Shown one piece after another: positions 1 through 11,788 of a DNA stretch of 64,000 bases. The DNA lies in assembly GCA_965219415.1 (NCBI GenBank), contig CBDCNP010000002.1, positions 3,232,001 through 3,296,000 on the forward strand, read 5' to 3'. The position numbers and the translations under genes were made by a program. This DNA comes from Candidatus Marinacidobacterales bacterium (GTDB lineage Bacteria; Acidobacteriota; Vicinamibacteria; Marinacidobacterales; DATDRI01). The notes beneath the pieces were generated by a model. That model saw only the letters and a list, made by a program, of their open reading frames with translations, searched no databases and was not told where the DNA came from. Each line of letters starts with the position of its first letter. Within the stretch, counting starts at the first letter, position 1.

Positions 1-236
1 ATGCCGGCGGTGGCCACCAGTCCGGCGCCGAAGATGGCCGCGGTGATGGAAACCTGCATCACCGCCATGGCGTCCCACCTGAGACCAGTGCGGTGAATAC
101 CGGGAGGTAATACTCTAATCTCGTAGCCGCTCAGCTCGGCAATGAAAAGCACCGTACCTACTACGAATACACCTGCCCCGACAGCGAACATGGTCTCGAA
201 GCCAAGGCTGTCGAGGATCGTCTTCACCAACGGCAA
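1..236 (-). CDS. membrane protein, 5' part only (runs off the window)
   Basis: TTG at 236 after an AGGAG SD; hydrophobic translation LPLVKTILDSLGFETMFAVGAGVFVVGTVLFIAE; follows the BtpA-family gene in the same direction. Confidence 0.4.
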   Translation of the reverse strand, partial: MPLVKTILDSLGFETMFAVGAGVFVVGTVLFIAELSGYEIRVLPPGIHRTGLRWDAMAVMQVSITAAIFGAGLVATAG

Positions 237-254
237 TGCGAGTTTCTCCTTTCG

Positions 255-1055
255 TCACGCTCTATCAAGGGCTCGAACGACTTCGACGAGCGCCGCTACT
301 TTCCGGGCGTCGACTCGCGCACCCGTCTTGAGGCTCGCCCCCACGAGGGCACCGTCCGCCGCGCTGAGAAGCTCCTTTGCATTCTCGCGCCGTAGGCCGC
401 TGCCCACCAAGATAGGACAATCTCCGGCTCCTCGCTTGGCTTCTTCCACTGTGATTACTGCCGAAGGATCCCCGGTCGCTGTTCCGGTGACACCGATGGC
501 GTCGGCGTGGTGCTCGGCGGCGAGTCGTGCGGATTCAATCAAGGAACGCTCCACCATCATCCGAGCGAACTTTACTTGGATCTCGGCGAGAATCAACACA
601 TCGTCGGCACCTATGGACTTCCGATAGGCCATCAGGCCTTCCGGATCGATCTTCATCTGACCGACGAACTCCGGGCGCTCCATGGGGTCCACGAAGAAGT
701 CCGTCCGCATGAAGGCGGCTCCGGTGGCGTGGGCAATACCGAGCGAGGTTTTCGGATCGTTCAGGAGAATCTCCACGCCCACCACCGATTTCTTGGAGGC
801 CACTACCAACTCCAGGGTCACCCGCGTCATGGCAGCAATGGTTTCCGGGTTGGCCTGGGCTCGGAAGGGGCGATCGCTGAAGTTTTCGACCAGCACACCA
901 TCGACCCCCCCTTGCTCGAAGGCCGATAGATCACCGAGCGCTTTTTCGATGACTCGGTCGATTCCCGGCGATTCTGGATAGCCCGGCAGCGCGGGGAGGT
1001 GAATCACGCCGATGATGGGTTTGGGTTGGGGGAAAAGATCTCTGAAGGCGCTCAC
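255..1055 (-). CDS. BtpA/SgcQ family TIM-barrel protein
   Basis: KPIIGVIHLPALPG, GGVDGVLVENFSDRPF, VTGTATG, LVGSG, DGALVGASLK motifs. Confidence 0.9.
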   Translation of the reverse strand: MSAFRDLFPQPKPIIGVIHLPALPGYPESPGIDRVIEKALGDLSAFEQGGVDGVLVENFSDRPFRAQANPETIAAMTRVTLELVVASKKSVVGVEILLNDPKTSLGIAHATGAAFMRTDFFVDPMERPEFVGQMKIDPEGLMAYRKSIGADDVLILAEIQVKFARMMVERSLIESARLAAEHHADAIGVTGTATGDPSAVITVEEAKRGAGDCPILVGSGLRRENAKELLSAADGALVGASLKTGARVDARKVAALVEVVRALDRA

Positions 1056-1236
1056 TCTTCTGGTCGCGCAGTTTCACACCTTCACGACACGCCGGGCAAG
1101 TGGATTCCGTCCAAGGTGCACGGTCAGGATAAGCCGACCCGGAAGTGATTGATTAAGGGATTTTGTTTGTCGCCCTAGTCGGAGTATGTTAGCGAGCACT
1201 AGATCGGTGACTTGTGAGCGAAGAGGGAGGCCGGAG

Positions 1237-2316
1237 ATGGGAAGTTCTGATTGGTCACGACGCGGGTTCTTGAAGGCGGCGGGCATCGTTGGTGCATCTA
1301 GCGGGTTGGCCCGGCTAGCGAGCGGAGAGTCACGCGCTCGAGTGAGTCAGGGCGGACGTCAGAAGATCATCCTCGACGTCGATACCGGTACCGACGACGC
1401 GGTGGCCCTCATGTTTGGTGCGCTTCATCCCGATCTCGAGCTCGTTGCGGCCACCACCGTGAATGGGAACGTGCCCGTCGAGTACTGCACCGAAAATTCT
1501 CTCCGCGTCTTCGACTACATCGGCGTGGACGTTCCAGTCTATGAAGGCATGGCGACGCCCATCTTTCGTCCAGACTTTCCGGTGCCTCGCAAAGAGCGGA
1601 CCAGCAGCATGACGAGCGGGACCATCCATGGTGGGTACTTGGAGCTTCCGCCTGCGAAGTCGAAACAGCAGGCGATGAACGCCGTCGATTTCCTGATCGA
1701 GACCTACTCGCGGCCCGAGGCCCAGGACATCATTTTGGTCCCGGTTGGACCGCTTTCTAATGTCGCGATGGCGCTCAAACAGTCACCGGGGATCGTGGAG
1801 AACATCCCGGAAATCGTGATCATGGGCGGTGTACATGAGATCGGGAATGTAACCGCATCCGCGGAGTTCAACGTTTGGGCGGATCCGGAGGCCGCCCGGA
1901 TTGTACTCAATAGCGGGATCAAGAAAGTGACGATGGTGCCGCTGGATGCGACTCACCGAGCGCTCGTTTCTCTCGATGACTGCAAGAAACTCCGGGCGCT
2001 AGGCACACCGGCGGGGGAGGCCGCGGCTATCTTTACCGAGCGACGGGTTCGCGGATACCTTGAGTTCCAACCATCGGGCCGACCCGCGGCCCCGGTTCAC
2101 GACGCGCTCGCGGTTGCTTCGATCGTCAATTCCTCGGTGATTTCTACGGTGTACGCACACGTCGACGTCGAGACTCATGGCGAACTGACGGTTGGCAAAA
2201 CGGTCGTCGACACACGGCCGCGAAGCGCCAAAGAACGTAATGCCTACGTGGCGCTCGATGCCGACGAGCCGCTATTCGTCGAGATGTTGCTAGAGACGAT
2301 GGGACGAACGGCGTAG
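1237..2316 (+). CDS. inosine/uridine-preferring nucleoside hydrolase with Tat signal peptide
   Basis: DVDTGTDDA (DxDxxxDD), GPLSNVA, AEFNVWADPEAA, PVHDALA; N-terminal SRRGFLK. Confidence 0.9.
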   Translation: MGSSDWSRRGFLKAAGIVGASSGLARLASGESRARVSQGGRQKIILDVDTGTDDAVALMFGALHPDLELVAATTVNGNVPVEYCTENSLRVFDYIGVDVPVYEGMATPIFRPDFPVPRKERTSSMTSGTIHGGYLELPPAKSKQQAMNAVDFLIETYSRPEAQDIILVPVGPLSNVAMALKQSPGIVENIPEIVIMGGVHEIGNVTASAEFNVWADPEAARIVLNSGIKKVTMVPLDATHRALVSLDDCKKLRALGTPAGEAAAIFTERRVRGYLEFQPSGRPAAPVHDALAVASIVNSSVISTVYAHVDVETHGELTVGKTVVDTRPRSAKERNAYVALDADEPLFVEMLLETMGRTA

Positions 2317-2696
2317 AGAAGAACTTCCCTAGCTTGCTCTTTCCTTGGGAAACAGGAACGAGCTCACCTGCTCGGAAACAAGGCTACAAAGATCCAGAGC
2401 ATCTTGCATGTGACTTGCGTCGGCCACGTACTCTGGCCAAGCTCCCAGATCTTTTTCCTTGTTCTTATCGTCCACCTCCGCGATATGAATGCGAATTCTG
2501 TACTTTATCGAGAACCTCCGAGTACGAATAGCACTAAGACATCGGGCGCCAATATAGCCACTCGCGAAAGCCTTGGGAAGTGGTGGAATCCCCGCAGCCA
2601 GCCGCCGGCCTGAAGTCGCGGTTGCGCAACGCGTTATAATAGAAGCAGATCGAACCAAAATCCTTAGACCATCACAAACACAAGAGGTGTCTCGAA

Positions 2697-3834
2697 ATGC
2701 CTGGAACCACGCGAAAAAACGGGCGGCGATGGCTCCCCCTGTTGAGATTGTCGGGATTGTCGGGATTGTTGGGCGCCGTCGCCCTGCTCTGTACCGGCTG
2801 CACCCCGACTGAGGATCCGCTGCGGCCGGACCGTCCCCCGGGCGGCTCCTTCGTTCTAGGGCGGCTCCTTCGTTCTAGACGGTGCCGGGCTGGTGCATAG
2901 CGAGTCCCTCGATCGAATGAACCAGACTCTCGCGGCGCTTCTTAGGGAGACCGATATCGAGATCCTCGCGCTATCTATGCCTTCGCTCGAAGGGCACTCG
3001 ATCGGAAACTTCACCGAGGAGCTCTTCGAAGATTGGGAGGTCGGTGAGCGAACGCGGGCGAACCGCGGCGTGCTCCTTGTGGTAGCCGCGTCGGAGGAGC
3101 GAGTACGGCTCGCGGTGAGCTACGACCTCGAGGATATCTTTACCGATACCTTTATCTCCATCATCGAAGACGAGCAGTTGGTGCCCTACTTCGAGAGCAA
3201 CATGATCGGAGAAGGTGTCGAGGCGACGGTTGAGCTTCTGGCCCGGCGCGCTTACGAAAAGATCCGCGGGCACGCCTATGATCCTCTAGAGGCCCGTCCA
3301 GATGTCGGCCGCTATCGTGCCGGCGGCGCGGGCGTGGAGACCGAAGTCGATCTCGAAGGAGGCCCGCCTGAGGCAGCCGAGCCGGTAGACGCATCTCTCC
3401 AAGACTACTTCGGACCGCAGCCGACGCCTGGCGAGGCTTGGGCGCGCTTTCTCGAAGTCAATGGGCGGCTCATCAAGGATACCTCCCTTGGACTCTACGA
3501 CGAGGCCACCCAAGTCCATTTGCGGAAGCGGCCCAACACCGACGCCGGCCAAAAGCATTTGGCCAACCTGTACGACGGCCACTCGCCGATGATCCGGCAG
3601 CAAGGGGATCGCGCGGTGATTCTTTTTCCCGAAGACCCCGATCACTTGCGGGCACCGTGGTTCTTCCATCGCGGAGCCGATGGCTGGCGGCTGGACGGGT
3701 CGGTTCTTCCGAAAGTCATCGTGTACAATCACCGGAATCAGTGGCGTTTCAAGAGCCTTGACCACGTCTACATGTTTGCCTTCGACGACTACGTCTTCGA
3801 TCAGCACGGGTTTGCGACGCCGCCAGGTACGTAA
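2697..3834 (+). pseudogene. TPM-domain putative lipoprotein, frameshifted by a 19-bp tandem duplication
   Basis: signal/lipobox-like LLCTGC; NRGVLLVVAASEERVRLAVSYDLE TPM motif; removing one 19-bp copy joins ORFs 2697 and 2893 as SFVLDGAGLV. Confidence 0.75.
2841..2878 (+). repeat. perfect 19-bp tandem duplication GGCGGCTCCTTCGTTCTAG x2
   Basis: read directly: 2841-2859 and 2860-2878. Confidence 0.95.
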
Positions 3835-3908
3835 ACGTCCAACAAAACTCCGCTCCACGACGCCAGGTGATACGATCGCCTCTCTAAGAGTAGAGGGGGG
3901 AGAGCATC

Positions 3909-4881
3909 ATGATTGTCGACTGCGCCGTTTACAAGAATGGGCGCCGGGTGGCGGGCGAGTTCACACCGGAGGAGGCCCTCCGCAAGAGTCGGAGCGACGA
4001 CGCGTTCGTCTGGGTTGGGCTTCACGAGCCGACTCCCGAGGAGTTCGAAGTGGTGAGGAGAGAGTTCGATCTTCACGAGCTCGCGGTGGAAGATGCCATC
4101 AAGGCGCACCAACGGCCGAAGCTCGAAACCTACGACGACTCGGTGCTCCTTGTTTTGAAGCCGGCCCGCTACGTGGACACCGAGGAAGTGGTCGAGCTCG
4201 GTGAGATTCTGATCTTTCTCGGGCCTGGGTTCATCGTCGTCGTCCGACATGTGCAAACGACCGGGCTCCAGGAAGTGCGGCAGTCGATCGAGGCGCGGCC
4301 CGAGCTCCTTGCGCTCGGTCCTAGCGCGGTCCTCCACGCCATCGTGGATCGGGTCGTGGACGATTATGTCCCCGTCTTGGAGGGTCTCGAGCTCGACATC
4401 GATCAGGTGGAGGAAGCCGTTTTTTCGGAGGAGCGGACCAATCCGGTTGAGCGCATCTACTATCTGAAGCGAGAGGTGCTGGGGTTCCGCCGCGCCACCG
4501 CCCCACTCCTCAATCCTCTCAATCTATTGGCGGTTCGTACCCTACCCCAGGTGCATGAGGATGTTCGGGAATATTTCCGGGACGTTTATGATCATTTGTT
4601 GCGTGTCAACGAGCAGGTCGAAGCCTACCGTGATCTCCTCACCAGCATCCTCGAGGCGAACCTTACGCAAGTGAGCGTCCGGCAAAACGAGGACATGAGA
4701 CGGATTTCGGCGTAGGTGGCGATCGCGGTCGTACCAACGATGATTGCCGGGATCTACGGCATGAACTTCAAGAACATGCCGGAGCTCGAGACTCCGTTGG
4801 GCTATCCCTCGGTTTTGGGGTTCATGGTCGCCGCGTGCGGCACGCTCTACTTCTTTTTCAGGAAGGCGGGACTGGCTTTGA
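3909..4881 (+). pseudogene. corA: magnesium/cobalt transporter CorA with an in-frame TAG
   Basis: HQRPKLE, YFRDVYDH, QNEDMRRISA*VAIAVVPT, GIYGMNF signature; TAG at 4713-4715 where Trp is expected; probable +1 slip before the terminal DWL*. Confidence 0.85.
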
Positions 4882-4910
4882 TTTTTGGATTTGCGAAGAG
4901 TCTTTGGTGA

Positions 4911-6314
4911 TCACGAGCCGCGAACGCGAGGCTCGGTGGAGCGCCGGGTTCCCGCCCAGTAAAGAACCGCCCCCACCAGCAAGAAAGCTAGAAACCCACC
5001 GATAACCTTCGCTTCGAAGAGCCATACGCTGGCGGTGTCTTCCGGTGGTACGAGCGCCATCGCCATAGCGAGCACCGTCGTCATCAGGCCGGCCACTCCG
5101 GTGAGTGTAGCGGCCAAACGGCTCTTGAGAAAGTCGGACTTCTCCGCGTCGTTTCTGCTTCGTATCACGGCGTACGCGGCGAAGACATAAACGTACGGAA
5201 GGAAGTAGACGAGGAGTGTTGTGTCGAGAAGGATGAGATAGGCTTCCTGCACGGTAGCCCCTGCGAAGCTCATAACGACGAACAAGGCGGCGATGATGGC
5301 CTGAAGAATGACTGCGATGTAAGGGGAGCCATACTTCGGATGAACCCGGCCGAAGGAAGCCGGTAGGAAGTGATCGATCCCCGCGACGAACGGCATGCGA
5401 GCCGCTCCGGTAAACCATGCCATCAGTCCACCGATTCCGCCCAATGTAATGAGTAGCGCTAGAAGGCTAGTCGCCCAACCCACTCCCAGCTTGTCAGCAA
5501 CGGCCGCGATCCCTTGGAGGAATCCGGTAATGATATTGATGTCGGTGCGGGGCAGCGCGACTAGAAGCGCGAAGGTCCCGAGAATATAGATTCCTGCAAC
5601 CACGATGCCGGAGAAGACGGTGGCTCGCGGAATCGTCCGTTCGGGATCTTTCACTTCGCCGGCGAGCACCGCCGCCAGCTCGAGACCGGCGAATCCGAAA
5701 CAGATCGCCGCGAAGAACGAGAGCTTGTCGAACGTCAGGATGTCGGCAAAGAAGCTTTCCACCGGCATGGGGTTGGCGGAACCGTAGCGCACCAGCGCAA
5801 GGGCTCCGAAGAGCAGGAGGGCGGCCCCGGTTACCCAGGCGCTGATGCCACCCACGTTGTGCAGCCATCGGCCCGTTTGAAGACCGAAGACATTGGCCAG
5901 GGTGACGGCGAGGATGGCCAGCAAGGAGAACGCCATCACATATGGCTTGCTCTCGCCAAGCTCCTGATAGCCGCTTCCGGCCATGAAGACCGAGATGCCG
6001 GCCAGGTACACGAGCAGGTTCGGGAAGTAAGCCAGATTGTTGGTCCAGTAGCACCAACCTGCCATGAAGCCATGAAATTCTCCAAAGACGCTCCTCGCCC
6101 ACGAGTACACGCCGCCCTCTTCGGGCATCCTTCTCGTGAGCTCTATGACCGCTACGGCTTGAGGCAGGAAGAAAAAAGCGAGCGCCGCGACCCATAAGGT
6201 CATCGAAGTATTGCCGCCGGCCGCGGCGACGGAGATCCACCGGAAGCCGACGATGGCCGCGACGTTGAACAGGACGACGTCCCAGACGCCTAGGGTTTTT
6301 CTGAGCTCCGCCAT
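4911..6314 (-). CDS. APC family amino acid permease
   Basis: LRKTLG start, PEEGGVYSW, FAGLELAAVLAGEVKDPERTIPRA, about 12 hydrophobic segments. Confidence 0.9.
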   Translation of the reverse strand: MAELRKTLGVWDVVLFNVAAIVGFRWISVAAAGGNTSMTLWVAALAFFFLPQAVAVIELTRRMPEEGGVYSWARSVFGEFHGFMAGWCYWTNNLAYFPNLLVYLAGISVFMAGSGYQELGESKPYVMAFSLLAILAVTLANVFGLQTGRWLHNVGGISAWVTGAALLLFGALALVRYGSANPMPVESFFADILTFDKLSFFAAICFGFAGLELAAVLAGEVKDPERTIPRATVFSGIVVAGIYILGTFALLVALPRTDINIITGFLQGIAAVADKLGVGWATSLLALLITLGGIGGLMAWFTGAARMPFVAGIDHFLPASFGRVHPKYGSPYIAVILQAIIAALFVVMSFAGATVQEAYLILLDTTLLVYFLPYVYVFAAYAVIRSRNDAEKSDFLKSRLAATLTGVAGLMTTVLAMAMALVPPEDTASVWLFEAKVIGGFLAFLLVGAVLYWAGTRRSTEPRVRGS

Positions 6315-6596
6315 CTATAGGGGATTACGGGACGTCGCGGACCGGGGGAACGGAACGCGATCGGTTCTAACGCTGCGGTATGCGATAGCCACGTTCTCGC
6401 CGGCGAACATAGCACACCTTGTTGCACCTGGGATCCCCGTCGACCCGCAAGCCACGCTTTGTGTCGACCTTACAAAAAGGCCTATCTTGGCGACGGATGC
6501 GCACGCGTTCGGAAGCTCGGGTCGAGAGCGTTGACGGCCCGGTCGATGGGCCGATCTTATGGGGCCCGTGCAATGGGGGAATCGCCCACGCAGTCG

Positions 6597-6788
6597 TTAT
6601 GGGTCTCCCCAGTATCTCCATGCGAGTGCGCCAATCATGTAGGTCCAATACAGGATGATGGCCAAGACGGTGGCACGCACGATCTCCTGGAGTTTTCCAC
6701 GAAGGTGTTCCTTGCGGCGCGCCGGCATCAGCCAGTAGACGAGGGTCGCGACCACGACCAAGATTAGGACGACGCGGATTCGGAACAT
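6597..6788 (-). CDS. small membrane protein (63 aa)
   Basis: two hydrophobic helices around a basic loop; lies 15 nt after the deaminase stop. Confidence 0.5.
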   Translation of the reverse strand: MFRIRVVLILVVVATLVYWLMPARRKEHLRGKLQEIVRATVLAIILYWTYMIGALAWRYWGDP

Positions 6789-6803
6789 CGAAAAGAACGG
6801 GGA

Positions 6804-7819
<1,016 letters not shown>

Positions 7820-7973
7820 ATGGTCTCTCAACCGAGAAACGGGTGTTTCGCTAGATGATCAGCGGCGGCCGAGCGATTGAGCCGCGGGTACATCAACACC
7901 CTCTCTTTTCTCGAGATCATTATAAGCCGTGGGACCGCGGAAAGGTCTTTGCTCCCGCTGGCGTCGTAGCGAT

Positions 7974-9479
7974 TCAGATGCTCGGTGGTTGAAACCCGCC
8001 CAAGGTGGTCTCGAGATACTTTGCCACGGCGAGCGTGACGTCCTCACGTCCGGGGCGCCCGAGGACCTGGACGCCAATGGGCATCCCCTCGGGAGATGTT
8101 CCACCACGCACCACCGTGCCCGGCCATCCGGTGAGGTTATAGATGAACGTATAGCTAAAGCCGGGGGACGACTCAGCGGTCAAGCCTCCGTGAACGACCG
8201 CCACATCTGAATATACCGGGCATACGATCACGTCGTAGTCTCCGAGAAAGGTGGTCAGGCGGCTCCGGAAGTCGTACCAACGAGTGACCAAGGCATTGAG
8301 CTGGGCGGCCGACAGGGGTGCTACGCCCATGACGCCTTGCAGCGAATGTTCGGTCGTTCCATACATGTTGAGAAGCCTTCGGAAGGCCGCTCCACCGTCC
8401 GCAAAATAGAGGGCGAGGAGATCGTAACCCTGCTCCAGGCCTGGTGGTCGGATTTCGTCGACGGGAATTTGGCCGTCCGAAAGAGCCTGGGCCGCCGACC
8501 GGACCACCTCGATGATCTCGGGGATAGGTGTAGCAATGCCGTTGTCGGTGTGGAACGAGACGCGGAGTTGCTTGAGGTCGACATCCTTGGGATTGCCGAA
8601 CGGCATCTCGATGACGCCTGGATCGATCCAGTCAGGCCCGGCGATGAGGGGAAGAATCAAAGCCAGATCGTCGACGTAGCGGGCCATGGGGCCGACCTGC
8701 TGAAGGGAGTCGAGGATTCCGCCGAAGGGGACGATGTTTCCGGTGCGGGGGACTCGGCCGGTGCTCGGTTTGATCCCGGCCACTCCGGTCCAGCTGGCGG
8801 GAAGGCGAATGCTTCCCCCGTAGTCGCTACCGATGTCGAAGGGGGCGCCCCCCGCGGCCACGATAGCGACGGCTCCACCACTACTTCCTCCACTGCTTCT
8901 CTTGAGGTCGTAGGGATTACTGGTTCTTCCATATGTGGAGGTTGTTGGTCTCGAACCCAAGCGTCAGTTCGGCTGTATTGGTCTTGCCGAGTAAGATCGC
9001 CCCCGCCTCGCGAAGTCGGGCCACGACGGTAGCATCCTTCTTCGGGACGAACTCGGCACGCCCCTTCGTCCCGCCAGTCGAGATAACACCCTCGGTATCG
9101 AAAAAGAATCCTTGATGGTCATGGGAACGCCATGCAGGGGGCCCTTGAGCTCTCCCTTCGCCAGAGCGGCGTCCGCTTCACGAGCTTCCTCGAGGGCTCG
9201 GTCGGCCACGAGCTGCACCACTGCGTTGAGCTTGGGGTTCACCTCCTCGATGCGGGCGAGATGAGTCCTCACGACCTCTTCCGACGATACCCGTTTCGTT
9301 CGGATGGCGTCGGCGAGCGCTCCCGTGGACGAGTACGTGAGCGGGTCCGCAAGTTGCGTTGTCGTCGCCATGGTGGCCGCCGCCGGTGTCGAGCAGCCAG
9401 CGAGAGCAGAATAGGCAACGCCGGCGCCGAGAAGCGACATCATCTCTCGCCGGGAAAGCCCGGTGCTCGATTCTTTCAT
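7974..9479 (-). pseudogene. amidase-signature family enzyme, Tat-type lipoprotein, frameshifted
   Basis: SRREMM plus ALAGC; GPLHGVPMTIKDS; GGSSGG; GSDYGGSIRLPA; shifts near 9100 and 8935. Confidence 0.85.
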
Positions 9480-9570
9480 GACTTGCCTTCGCGCCGTGAG
9501 GATAGTGGCGAGGTGGATGGAACACAACTCTGCTATATTTCTGATGCCAATTACCTCCAGGGAGGAGCCG

Positions 9571-10962
9571 ATGAAGAAGTTTGGAATACTGATAGCGGTT
9601 GCCGCTTTAGCCTTCGTGCCAGCAACGTTCCTTGCCGGTCCCACCGTGTATCCCACCGGTACCACGATCTACAAGCCAGATAAGGCCTGGAGCGGCTATA
9701 CGATTTACCAAACGGAGGCTTCACCGGGAGCGGTCCTCATCGATATGAATGGCAACGTCGTCCGCAACTGGGAGCACATCGTAGGCTTCCCGGTCACTAT
9801 GCTTCCCGGTGGGTACATCATGGGCGGGACCGTCGGGCGCGTAACCGGAAAGTACATTCATCACCTCGGCTCGGACGATGTGGTCCAGGAGGATTGGGAA
9901 GGCAACGTCGTCTGGACGTTCGGCCGGGCGGACGAGATCGAAGTCGAGGGTAAGACAGCGTGGTCGGCGAGGCAGAATCACGATTTCGTTAGGCAAGGAG
10001 CTCCCGTCGGTTACTACGTGCCCGGGATGGCGCCCCTTGTGGATCGGGGGAAGACGCTCATACTCAGCCAGAAAAGCGGCCGCTGGCCCGAGGTCACTCG
10101 GGACTACTTGCCTCGGGCGGCCCGCATCATCGAGGTCACCTGGGAGGGTGAAATCGTCTGGGACTGGATGCCGGCGGAGCACTTCGAGGAGTTCGGACAC
10201 AGCGAAGCGGCCAAGAATACGATCATGCGCGGTTGCAGGAACCAGCATTGCGTATTCTTGAACGCTGCGGCCTACGTCGGCCCGAACAAGTGGTACGACG
10301 CGGGGGACGAGCGGTTTCATCCCGACAACATCATTAGTGACGACCGAGGCACGATCCTCTTCATCATCTCGAAGGAGACCCGCGAGATCGTGTGGAAAGT
10401 CGGCCCCGAATATACGTCGACTCCCGAGCTTCGAGCCCTCGGGCCGATCATCGGCCCTCATAACACACACATAATCCCGAAGGGGCTTCCCGGTGCGGGT
10501 AACATTCTCATCTTCGACAATGGCGGCGCCGCGGGGTTCGGCCTTCCCAACCCTGGTTCGCCGACCGGTGAGTGGAACGCGCTACGGGATTATTCCCGAG
10601 TGCTGGAGATCAATCCGGTCACGCTCGAGATCGTTTGGCAATACACGGCCCGGACCGCAGGGTTCATCCCGGTAGCGGAGGACTCCAAGTTCTTCAGTCA
10701 CTTTGCGAGCGGTGCCCAACGTCTTCCCAACGGAAACACGCTGATCGTGGAGACCGCTTACGGTCGCAGTTTCGAAGTAACACCGGAGAGCGAAATCGTC
10801 TGGGAGTACATCAACCCGTTCAACCGCAATGAAGGCGAGCCCTTCACGAATTACATCTACCGGGCGTATCGACTTCCTTATGATTGGGTGCCGCAGCTAG
10901 AGAGGCCGGTGGAAGAGGCGGTCATCCCGTCTGCAAACGGAGAGTTCCGGGTGAGTCGGTAG
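9571..10962 (+). CDS. aryl-sulfate sulfotransferase (ASST) family, exported
   Basis: signal peptide; PTVYPTGTTIY, ARQNHDF, GNILIFDNGG, SGAQRLPNGNTLI, YRAYRLPYDW. Confidence 0.85.
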   Translation: MKKFGILIAVAALAFVPATFLAGPTVYPTGTTIYKPDKAWSGYTIYQTEASPGAVLIDMNGNVVRNWEHIVGFPVTMLPGGYIMGGTVGRVTGKYIHHLGSDDVVQEDWEGNVVWTFGRADEIEVEGKTAWSARQNHDFVRQGAPVGYYVPGMAPLVDRGKTLILSQKSGRWPEVTRDYLPRAARIIEVTWEGEIVWDWMPAEHFEEFGHSEAAKNTIMRGCRNQHCVFLNAAAYVGPNKWYDAGDERFHPDNIISDDRGTILFIISKETREIVWKVGPEYTSTPELRALGPIIGPHNTHIIPKGLPGAGNILIFDNGGAAGFGLPNPGSPTGEWNALRDYSRVLEINPVTLEIVWQYTARTAGFIPVAEDSKFFSHFASGAQRLPNGNTLIVETAYGRSFEVTPESEIVWEYINPFNRNEGEPFTNYIYRAYRLPYDWVPQLERPVEEAVIPSANGEFRVSR

Positions 10963-10968
10963 GAGACG

Positions 10969-11637
10969 TCAGCGCGATTTCCTTTTCTTCCTCCTTCTTG
11001 TGGGCGGCCTTTCCAAAACGTGCGGATTGTTCAAGGGCTCGTGCGGAATGATGGAGTTCTCATCGACGTCGAAAATGATTCGCGCGCCATCGGGGAGTGG
11101 GTATGACGATCCGGCTTGCCCGCTCGGAACGACGCGTGCCTCTTCGAGCTCTACCGTGATGTGATACCCAAGAACCCAATACTTCAAATCCTCTTGTGAC
11201 TGCGCAAAAAACTCTTCTGCCAGGTCCTGGAGCACCGGGCCCGGCTTCCCTGAGATACCGCTCAGTTGGAGAAAGGCCTGCAGTCTGTCCTCCCGATTCT
11301 CGGCCTTTCTTGCTTCCAGAAAGAGTTTGAGAGCCCGGTCGGTTACCGGGGGGCCGCTCCCGCCGATCTCACCGCCTTGGAAGCTGATGGTCTTGGCCGC
11401 ACCGTCGTAGTTGATGGGGATGATGTCGGAGAGCGGGCGGATCGGTAGCTCGTATCGCTCCTCGGGTGAACCCTCGAAGGCGAGGTGGGTGGCCGCGGCA
11501 AGAAGTCGTCCGAGTGCGACCTCCGTTTCGCCGTCCAGCTCAACGATAACCGGCTTGGGTCGCCATAGATGCACGTCGATCTTGGCGTCCTCGTTCTCGA
11601 GGAAAAGCCCCCCATAGAAATCGAGCGTAATGGCCAT
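10969..11637 (-). CDS. hypothetical protein
   Basis: ATG at 11637 with GGAGG SD; long open frame with a basic C-terminal tail; no family recognised. Confidence 0.6.
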   Translation of the reverse strand: MAITLDFYGGLFLENEDAKIDVHLWRPKPVIVELDGETEVALGRLLAAATHLAFEGSPEERYELPIRPLSDIIPINYDGAAKTISFQGGEIGGSGPPVTDRALKLFLEARKAENREDRLQAFLQLSGISGKPGPVLQDLAEEFFAQSQEDLKYWVLGYHITVELEEARVVPSGQAGSSYPLPDGARIIFDVDENSIIPHEPLNNPHVLERPPTRRRKKRKSR

Positions 11638-11788
11638 TGAATTCGCCTCCCTCCATATGGAGGCATATCGCCACGAACTGGCCGGTTGGGGAACCTGTGG
11701 TGGTTGTAGAAGCAAAGGTCGTACCGGTCGTTGAGACTTCGCGGAAAGGGTCTAAGTAGAATAAGGGCAAGTGGTTGTGAACGGAGGA

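Noticed and set aside
2329-2658. 109-aa minus-strand ORF in a lower-GC patch
   Set aside because: No credible start or recognisable family; at most a gene remnant.
4713-4715. pyrrolysine or stop-codon recoding
   Set aside because: The stops replace different residues (Trp, Gln), include both TAG and TGA, and both codons end many normal genes here.
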